The notes under the pieces are model-generated. The model was not told the DNA's origin. It worked only from the letters and a program-made list of their open reading frames with translations, and did no database searches. From Bacteriovoracaceae bacterium (GTDB lineage: Bacteria > Bdellovibrionota > Bacteriovoracia > Bacteriovoracales > Bacteriovoracaceae): a stretch of 64,000 bases of DNA. Position 1 is the stretch's first letter. Each line of letters begins with the position of its first letter. Shown here piece by piece: positions 57,747-64,000 of this stretch. The stretch is taken from contig OZ244226.1 in the NCBI GenBank assembly GCA_965217035.1, positions 2,772,146-2,836,145 of the forward strand, written 5' to 3'. Position numbers and translations under genes: made by a program.

Positions 57747-57785
57747 AAATTACAGACTGTCGAGAAATTCGACAGTCTGTAATTT
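57747..57785. repeat. perfect 17-bp inverted repeat
   Basis: AAATTACAGACTGTCGA-GAAAT-TCGACAGTCTGTAATTT. Confidence 0.92.
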
Positions 57786-57864
57786 CTAGAGGTTTAGATG
57801 AGAGTAAGCAGTTAATTCGATAGAGTATAAGGATATAAAACTTATCTATAATCTATGAGGCGAG

Positions 57865-59073
57865 ATGAAAAATCTTTTAATTGTTATCGTTTTATCCCTA
57901 TCCTTTTTTTCAGCTTTTTCTCAAGAGAAGCCAGTTGAAAAAGATAGTTCAAAAACCAATCAATTCCTTAGAAAACTAGAAAAATCTGGAGCGAAGTTTA
58001 AAGAATCGATTCATGATGTCTCAGAGAGTGGTTGGAATTCAGCTGAAAATGGATTTAAAAAAGTTACAAATGTCATGATCCATTATTCTGAAGATTCTGT
58101 TGAGTTTTTCAAAAACACCTCCGATTCAGCTAAAAGGAAGATTTCGAAGAGTAAAGAATTCGTAGAACGAAAATATTCTGATTCTAGAGATTTTATGAAA
58201 GCTCTGGGTGATGATTTAAAAATTGATCTTAAAAATCCTGATCTCAAAATTTTGCAGGCAGAGTTTGATCATGACTTCGAATGGCCAAATTTAAACTTAA
58301 CGAAAAAAGTCGATACGCTTACATCAACTCTCAATGACATGGCCAGAGATAAAGAACTTGGTCAGCATTTCATCGATTTAGGAATTAAATCTTCTGTTGG
58401 TTTAATGGACTTTGCTTGGGAGATTCTTACTTTCCGATGCAGTACTTGTAATATTATCAATAGTGCTCAACAGTTCTATAGTAAAACAAAACAGATCTAT
58501 GAAGGCTATAAACCTAAAAATGATATCAGAAATCTTTGGGGAGCTTTTGGAGATGGACGTGAAGAATTAAAACCCAATGATTATTGGGATTATACAGGAT
58601 TTGTTTTTAAAACAGTTCTTAAGGTTTATTTTAAATGTGGTATCCCTGGAGTTTCGTTTGGTGGGATCGATGGTATTGCAGGGATTATGGAAAATATCTC
58701 AAAGCTTAATCCTAATCAGATGCTGACAGTTGCTGGGCAAAAAGCAGGTCTTTGCTTAATTAATGGAGCAATCAAAAATACCATGAAAGGCCTTGGTTTT
58801 GTGACTGAAGATAAGAAAATCAAATTAAGATTCAAAGTCGAAAACCTTTATAATATCAAGCCTATTGAAGAACTTGGTGATCTTAAGAAGTGTTTTGGGA
58901 AGAAAGTGCTTTGCATAGGAAATTATAAAACTCCAAACTTTAAGAACTTAGTCTATGATTTATCAAAAGATTATTTTAAAGCTTATATGAGACTTCGGTA
59001 TTCTAACTTAAAATCAAAATTAAATTATAAAAATTGGTTTGGTAATAAAAAGAAAAATTTTCTAGACGATTAG
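57865..59073 (+). CDS. secreted hypothetical protein
   Basis: GAGG RBS, signal peptide, amphipathic helical N-region, CSTC. Confidence 0.75.
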   Translation: MKNLLIVIVLSLSFFSAFSQEKPVEKDSSKTNQFLRKLEKSGAKFKESIHDVSESGWNSAENGFKKVTNVMIHYSEDSVEFFKNTSDSAKRKISKSKEFVERKYSDSRDFMKALGDDLKIDLKNPDLKILQAEFDHDFEWPNLNLTKKVDTLTSTLNDMARDKELGQHFIDLGIKSSVGLMDFAWEILTFRCSTCNIINSAQQFYSKTKQIYEGYKPKNDIRNLWGAFGDGREELKPNDYWDYTGFVFKTVLKVYFKCGIPGVSFGGIDGIAGIMENISKLNPNQMLTVAGQKAGLCLINGAIKNTMKGLGFVTEDKKIKLRFKVENLYNIKPIEELGDLKKCFGKKVLCIGNYKTPNFKNLVYDLSKDYFKAYMRLRYSNLKSKLNYKNWFGNKKKNFLDD

Positions 59074-59414
59074 AGATATTCCATAAAACGATTTTTATCA
59101 TTAACGAGAATACATTTTGGCTTAATCGGAGTTTCTGAGAATCCAAAACCAATAATGATGACTTCTTCACCGGTTTTTATCAAATGAGCTGCTGCACCAT
59201 TGATACCAATAATCCCTGAGTTTCTTTCACCTTCTAAGATATAAGTCTCGAGTCGCGCACCTGAAGTATTCGAAACGACAAGAACCTTTTGACCCGGGCA
59301 AAGTCCAGCTTTTTCAATTAAGTCCATATCAATAGTAATACTACCGATATAAGCGACATCAGCTTGTGTGACAGTTGCTTTATGGATTTTTCCAAGAAGA
59401 AATTCTCTTAACAT
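59070..59414 (-). CDS. panD: aspartate 1-decarboxylase
   Basis: KIHKATVT..YIG|SITID cleavage site, GARLETY, NGAAAH. Confidence 0.95.
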   Translation of the reverse strand: MLREFLLGKIHKATVTQADVAYIGSITIDMDLIEKAGLCPGQKVLVVSNTSGARLETYILEGERNSGIIGINGAAAHLIKTGEEVIIIGFGFSETPIKPKCILVNDKNRFMEYL

Positions 59415-59433
59415 GAGCGGATATATATCAATC

Positions 59434-60633
59434 TCAGCCGTTAAAGGCCAGTTTTTGGGTATAATCTTCTGGGATGCCTAGAAAGGTGAGAATAGATGTC
59501 ATATTGCCATAGGACATATGATGATCAGCTTGTTTTTTGACAATTTCTTTTGCTTGAAAGGCTATTCCCATTCCGGCCTTGGCCAACATCTTTAAATCAT
59601 TGGCCCCATCACCAATAGCGACGACTTGTTCCAGGGAAATTCCATCTTGTTGAGCGAGAAAGTCCAGGAGATGAGCCTTTTGATCGGCATCGACTATGGG
59701 ACCGGTTAGCTTTCCTGTGAGTTTTCCTTCTGAATCAAACTCAAGCGTATTAGCAAAGGAGTAATCGAGTCCAAGTTTTGTTTTAAAATGATCAGTGAAA
59801 AAGTTAAATCCCCCCGAGATGACTCCGACTTTGAAACCAAGACTTTTGACGATCTTGATAAATTGTTCCACTCCAGGAGTTAATGGAATTTCATCAAGTA
59901 ACCGATTCATATTGTGACGGGAAAGTCCTTTCAACATAGAAACTCTTTTTTCAAGTGATTGAGTGAAGTCGAGTTTCCCTTCCATTGCCTCATCTGTAAT
60001 TTTTTTTACTTCCTCTCTGGCATCGCAAAGTCCAGCGAGTTCTTCGATGACTTCTTTTTGAATAAGAGTTGAGTCCATATCAAAAATAATGAGTCGCTTG
60101 TTAAATCTGAAGACATTATCCTTAACAATCGCAAGATCGACTTTATGCCGATAAGCAATTTCTAGAATGTCTTCTTTGATTTTTGGAAAATCAATCGCAT
60201 GGTTCGTAACCATCTTGAAGTCTAAGGAAGAAAGTACATTCTTATAAGATCGGTTTTCGATATCAAGAATATTAAGTCTCTTTTCTGCGCAATAACGAGT
60301 AATTTCAGCGATAAAACTGGCATTAATTCCTTCGGGTTGCACACAGCTGATAATAAATAAATCATGATATTTAAAATTGATTTTACTGACGTCAATAAGC
60401 TGGAAGTCGCAATTCATTCCAAGTTTTTTAGATTCAAAAAGAAGATCTTTCATAATGGGATGATCTTCTGAGTTATTATTAATTAAGATACTGAGTGAGA
60501 GAAGACCATGCGTCACTGATTGTCCCATATCAGAAATTGTAATATTCGCATCGGAAATCAGTTTTGTTAAAGCTGCTGTAATCCCTGGTTTGTCTGTTCC
60601 TGATATTTTAATCAAGATCTGCTGGTCGTTCAT
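59434..60633 (-). CDS. serB: phosphoserine phosphatase with ACT domains
   Basis: GTDKPGI ACT domain, FDMDSTLI, SGGF, GDGANDL. Confidence 0.95.
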   Translation of the reverse strand: MNDQQILIKISGTDKPGITAALTKLISDANITISDMGQSVTHGLLSLSILINNNSEDHPIMKDLLFESKKLGMNCDFQLIDVSKINFKYHDLFIISCVQPEGINASFIAEITRYCAEKRLNILDIENRSYKNVLSSLDFKMVTNHAIDFPKIKEDILEIAYRHKVDLAIVKDNVFRFNKRLIIFDMDSTLIQKEVIEELAGLCDAREEVKKITDEAMEGKLDFTQSLEKRVSMLKGLSRHNMNRLLDEIPLTPGVEQFIKIVKSLGFKVGVISGGFNFFTDHFKTKLGLDYSFANTLEFDSEGKLTGKLTGPIVDADQKAHLLDFLAQQDGISLEQVVAIGDGANDLKMLAKAGMGIAFQAKEIVKKQADHHMSYGNMTSILTFLGIPEDYTQKLAFNG

Positions 60634-61252
60634 TTTTTGCTCGCTTTTTATTAATTCGCTCTTTTTTAATTCTGTTAATCAGACCTAGCGAATAAGTGAC
60701 TGCAGAGATTAATGAAAGAACGGTCGCAATGTAAATAAAGATCTGACCAAGGAGAAGAAACGGGATTCCTTGCCAGGTAAAACCTATCATGAGACCACCA
60801 ATCCCTAACATAGAAGTGGTTGTTTTCCATTTCCCCATCGAGCTTACGGGCACAGTAATTTCTTGGTGTGTGGCAAGAAGCCTTAGAGAGGTCATATAAA
60901 GTTCTCTGAGGGTAAGGATGATCACTACCCAATCAGGAACACGGTTAAGGGCCAGGAGCATAATCAAAGAGCTTACGACGATGAACTTGTCAGCGATAGG
61001 ATCGAGAAAGGATCCAAAGACAGTCACAATATTTCTCTTTCGAGCAATATAGCCATCGAAAAAATCAGTAATACAAGCAAAGAAAAAACAAAGGGAAGCA
61101 AGCGGACCGAAAAGATGTTGTTTTTCAGGCATGAGCTTTGCGGCATAGAGCGCCGAAAGGACGAAAGGAATCAGAATGATTCTAAATATCGTGAGCCGAT
61201 TAGGAAGATTATCGATTTCCCAAATCTTTTGCTCAAGTTTATCGGTGCTCAT
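60608..61252 (-). CDS. pgsA: CDP-diacylglycerol--glycerol-3-phosphate 3-phosphatidyltransferase
   Basis: NLPNRLTIFRI, TDFFDGYIAR..GSFLDPIADK, GKWKT. Confidence 0.93.
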   Translation of the reverse strand: MSTDKLEQKIWEIDNLPNRLTIFRIILIPFVLSALYAAKLMPEKQHLFGPLASLCFFFACITDFFDGYIARKRNIVTVFGSFLDPIADKFIVVSSLIMLLALNRVPDWVVIILTLRELYMTSLRLLATHQEITVPVSSMGKWKTTTSMLGIGGLMIGFTWQGIPFLLLGQIFIYIATVLSLISAVTYSLGLINRIKKERINKKRAKNERPADLD

Positions 61253-61379
61253 GCTCCATATTTTGCTTGAATCTGGACAGTTAGGAAACCTTTTTTCCCT
61301 CTAATATCCGTACCTTAAGTAAGGGATAATAGCTTGTAGGTTCTTATGTCCTGCATCCCTGAAACAAGGAATATTATTT

Positions 61380-62111
61380 ATGCTTAAATCATTGAATCTT
61401 GTGCCAAGTGAAAGCGGTAAAATCGAAAAGAGAGTTTTTCCAAGATATCCTTTAAATCATCTCACTTTTCGCATCAAAGAAGATTCTGAGCGGGCCTTGA
61501 GTACTTTCGAAGTCGTCGATATATCTTTATCTGGGATGCAAGTAGAAAAGAAAATCGGTGATCAAGACTTTAAACGGGGCGATCATATCCAAGGAATCAT
61601 AAGTTGGTATGGGCAGAAATGCGATATTTTTGGAGTTGTTAAGTGGAGCAAAGGCAATAGGATAGGTGTTCTTTTTGATGAAAGCCCACTGGCACAAGAA
61701 AAGATTCAAGGCTTTCTCAATATTGATCATTTCATTCAAAATTTAAAACCACTTCATGACAAGAAGTTTGGAATTTCAAAGCCTCAAGAGCTTCATTATT
61801 GGTTGAGGGCCGATGGGCCGTTAGAACTTTTTGTTTGGTCCTATAATGGTGGTCAAGAAATAGCCAAGTTTCAAATTATTATGTTTAGAGACTTTGTCGA
61901 ATGGGAAGACAATCTTGGCAATAAGTCCGGGACTGTCTTAACACGAAGAGATCTCGAAACTCCTCTTTTTACTGAAGATGAATTTGCTTTTCAGTTGGAT
62001 TCTAAGCTCGATGGGCAAAAGCTTAAGAGAGCGGAAAAATTCATCCAGAAAATCCCTCGATCCTACCTGGATCCAGAGGTTCATGCTTTTCTATTAAGGA
62101 AAATTAAGTAG
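61380..62111 (+). CDS. PilZ domain protein
   Basis: EKRVFPR (RxxxR) and DISLSG (DxSxxG) c-di-GMP motifs. Confidence 0.85.
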   Translation: MLKSLNLVPSESGKIEKRVFPRYPLNHLTFRIKEDSERALSTFEVVDISLSGMQVEKKIGDQDFKRGDHIQGIISWYGQKCDIFGVVKWSKGNRIGVLFDESPLAQEKIQGFLNIDHFIQNLKPLHDKKFGISKPQELHYWLRADGPLELFVWSYNGGQEIAKFQIIMFRDFVEWEDNLGNKSGTVLTRRDLETPLFTEDEFAFQLDSKLDGQKLKRAEKFIQKIPRSYLDPEVHAFLLRKIK

Positions 62112-62171
62112 TATAGTACTAACCCCGGAATAACCTGGGGCGGCACAGTACGAGTGCGTCTAGGAGTTAGC

Positions 62172-63125
62172 ATGAATCGTAACCTTGCCCTTGAATTTGT
62201 AAGAGTGACTGAGATGGCAGCTATTGCTTCAGCCCGATTAATGGGAAGAGGGGATGAGAAAGCTGCAGATCAAGCTGCTGTTGATGCGATGAGATCGATG
62301 CTCGATTCGGTTGAATGTTCTGCAACTGTTGTGATTGGAGAAGGGGAAAGAGACGAAGCTCCTATGTTGTATATTGGAGAAAAAGTTGGATCTGGTTCTG
62401 GACCTGATCTTGAAATTGCGCTTGATCCGTTAGAAGGAACAACTATTTGTGCTCGAGGAAGTCAAAATGCTATTTCTGTTATGGCGATTGCTCAAAAAGG
62501 AAATTTATTAAATGCTCCCGATACTTATATGAATAAGATTGCTGTTGGCCCTGAAGCGAGAGGTGCAGTTGATATTAATTTAACTCCAACTGAAAACCTT
62601 AAAAGAATTGCTAATGCTAAAAATTGTCGGATCCAAGATCTGACGGCCATTGTTTTGGATCGACCTCGTCATGAGAATCTTGTTCAAGAAATTCGAGATG
62701 CCGGCGCGCGAATTTATATGATTGGTGATGGTGATGTTTCTGCTGCCATTGCAACGGCAAACCCTGACTCAGGAATTGATGTCCTCTTTGGTATCGGAGG
62801 TGCTCCGGAAGGAGTGATTGCAGCTGCAGCTCTTCGTTGTGTCGGTGGAGATTTTCAAGGGGTGTTGAAACCACGAAACAATGAAGAAATTGAGAGGGCC
62901 GAAAAAATGGGAATCTCAGATATTAATAAAGTTTTCAGTATCGAAGAACTTGCCAATGGTAATGTGATGTTCTGTGCGACAGGTGTTACAGATGGATCCT
63001 TTCTTGATGGAGTTCGTTTTAAATCCTGGGGAGCGACGACACATTCTATTGTAATGAGAAGTGAGTCAGGAACGATCCGTCATATTCGTGCTGAACACCA
63101 TTTCGATAGAAAGCCGAGGTACTAA
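62172..63125 (+). CDS. glpX: fructose-1,6-bisphosphatase class II
   Basis: AGGAG RBS; VVIGEGERDEAPMLYIGE, DPLEGT, LDRPRH, GIGGAPEGV. Confidence 0.96.
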   Translation: MNRNLALEFVRVTEMAAIASARLMGRGDEKAADQAAVDAMRSMLDSVECSATVVIGEGERDEAPMLYIGEKVGSGSGPDLEIALDPLEGTTICARGSQNAISVMAIAQKGNLLNAPDTYMNKIAVGPEARGAVDINLTPTENLKRIANAKNCRIQDLTAIVLDRPRHENLVQEIRDAGARIYMIGDGDVSAAIATANPDSGIDVLFGIGGAPEGVIAAAALRCVGGDFQGVLKPRNNEEIERAEKMGISDINKVFSIEELANGNVMFCATGVTDGSFLDGVRFKSWGATTHSIVMRSESGTIRHIRAEHHFDRKPRY

Positions 63126-63551
63126 ATGCCAAGTGTTGATAGAACAGCTACTTTTAATGCATCCATTGAAAATATTTTTAGTGTTTTAAAAGACTTTCGT
63201 TCTTATCCTGAATTTGTAGAAGGAGTAGAAGCGATTGAGATTCTTGAAGAGAGTGCGACGAATGTTCGAGCTGAATATTCAGTCAATATGGTTAAAGAGT
63301 TTAAGTATATTTTAAATATTTCTCTCAATGAACCTAACTCTGTAAGTTGGGAATTGGAATCGGGTGATCTTTTTAAGAAAAACAACGGTCATTGGAATCT
63401 AAAAAAGATCTCTGACAATAAAACAGAAGTAACCTATGGTCTTGAAGTTGAGTTTAAAGGTTTTGCTCCAAAGATGATTGTCAATAAACTCGTAAAAACT
63501 AATTTACCTTCTATGATGAAGAGTTTTCAGGAAAGAGCGGAGGCGCTATGA
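63126..63551 (+). CDS. SRPBCC/START (RatA/CoQ10-like) protein
   Basis: DFRSYPEFV, NNGHW, TEVTY. Confidence 0.85.
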   Translation: MPSVDRTATFNASIENIFSVLKDFRSYPEFVEGVEAIEILEESATNVRAEYSVNMVKEFKYILNISLNEPNSVSWELESGDLFKKNNGHWNLKKISDNKTEVTYGLEVEFKGFAPKMIVNKLVKTNLPSMMKSFQERAEAL

Positions 63552-63865
63552 GTGATGATAAAGAGAGGCCGAATATCTCTAATCTTTTGAAACGTGCCAT
63601 TGATACAGGACTGGGGGCAGCCTTTATGACAGAAGACATGATTCGTTCTGCACTTTCTGATATGCCTAATAAAGACTCTGTAAATAATATTATTAATTCT
63701 GCTAAAAATGCTCGTGATGAATTTGTAGGAACAGTTAAGAACGAAGTCAGTTCTTTTTTGAAGCATATTGATGTTCCAGGTGAAATCGATCGAATTCTTG
63801 CAGAGTATGATATTGATGTAAATGCTAAAATCTCTTTCAAGAAGAAAGAGAAAACTGATGAGTAA
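63548..63865 (+). CDS. hypothetical (phasin-like) protein
   Basis: TGLGAAFMTED, amphipathic helices; ATGA overlap. Confidence 0.65.
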   Translation: MSDDKERPNISNLLKRAIDTGLGAAFMTEDMIRSALSDMPNKDSVNNIINSAKNARDEFVGTVKNEVSSFLKHIDVPGEIDRILAEYDIDVNAKISFKKKEKTDE

Positions 63866-64000
63866 AATCGCTCAAAATTATAAGAAAATTAAAAAAGAAC
63901 TGGGGAAGACTGAACTTGTGGTCGTGACAAAAACTCGGTCTGTTGATGATATTCGAGAGCTTTATGCTTTAGGACAAAGGCACTTCGGTGAGAATCGAGT
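63858..64000 (+). CDS. yggS: PLP homeostasis protein YggS (5' part, runs off window)
   Basis: MSKIAQNYKKIKKELGKTELVVVTKTRSVDDIRELYALGQRHFGENR. Confidence 0.9.
   Translation, partial: MSKIAQNYKKIKKELGKTELVVVTKTRSVDDIRELYALGQRHFGENR

Noticed and set aside
61323..61360. Hairpin upstream of the PilZ gene as a possible c-di-GMP riboswitch
   Set aside because: Lacks the conserved GEMM motifs (GNRA tetraloop/receptor, GCAAA)
117..63840. Numerous 60-120 aa ORFs antisense or out-of-frame within longer genes
   Set aside because: Shadow ORFs of well-supported CDSs with no motifs or RBS
63126..63865. RatA-like gene plus small gene as a toxin-antitoxin pair
   Set aside because: Embedded in the glpX-yggS housekeeping run; START-fold proteins are commonly lipid/quinone binders, and the neighbour does not resemble RatB/RnfH

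Overview
AT-rich bacterial chromosomal segment with about 70 densely packed CDSs. I could not recognise any rRNA, tRNA, CRISPR array or prophage. Gene content suggests a predatory Bdellovibrionota (Bacteriovoracaceae/Halobacteriovorax-like); this is inferred from a TIGR02147 HTH protein, many orphan secreted proteins and PilZ proteins. The left half (1-36.8 kb) is mostly accessory and secretory. It holds a TonB-dependent receptor operon with paired CxxC motifs, a LysR divergent from a baeRF3 (aeRF1-like) gene, a sigma54-preceded secreted protein with three exact 64-aa repeats, a run of large orphan secreted proteins, an ABC-2 exporter, ettA, an intact IS5-family element splitting a lipoprotein gene, a pilin-like gene and a Tat-exported HiPIP. 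The right half is mostly housekeeping: pckA, pepN, lplA, rpmG, nth, an M28 peptidase, a CNG K+ channel, TIGR03545/46, panD, serB, pgsA, glpX and yggS. rpmG and the window-truncated yggS are missing from the ORF track. All family calls come from recognising motifs by eye; no database search was run.
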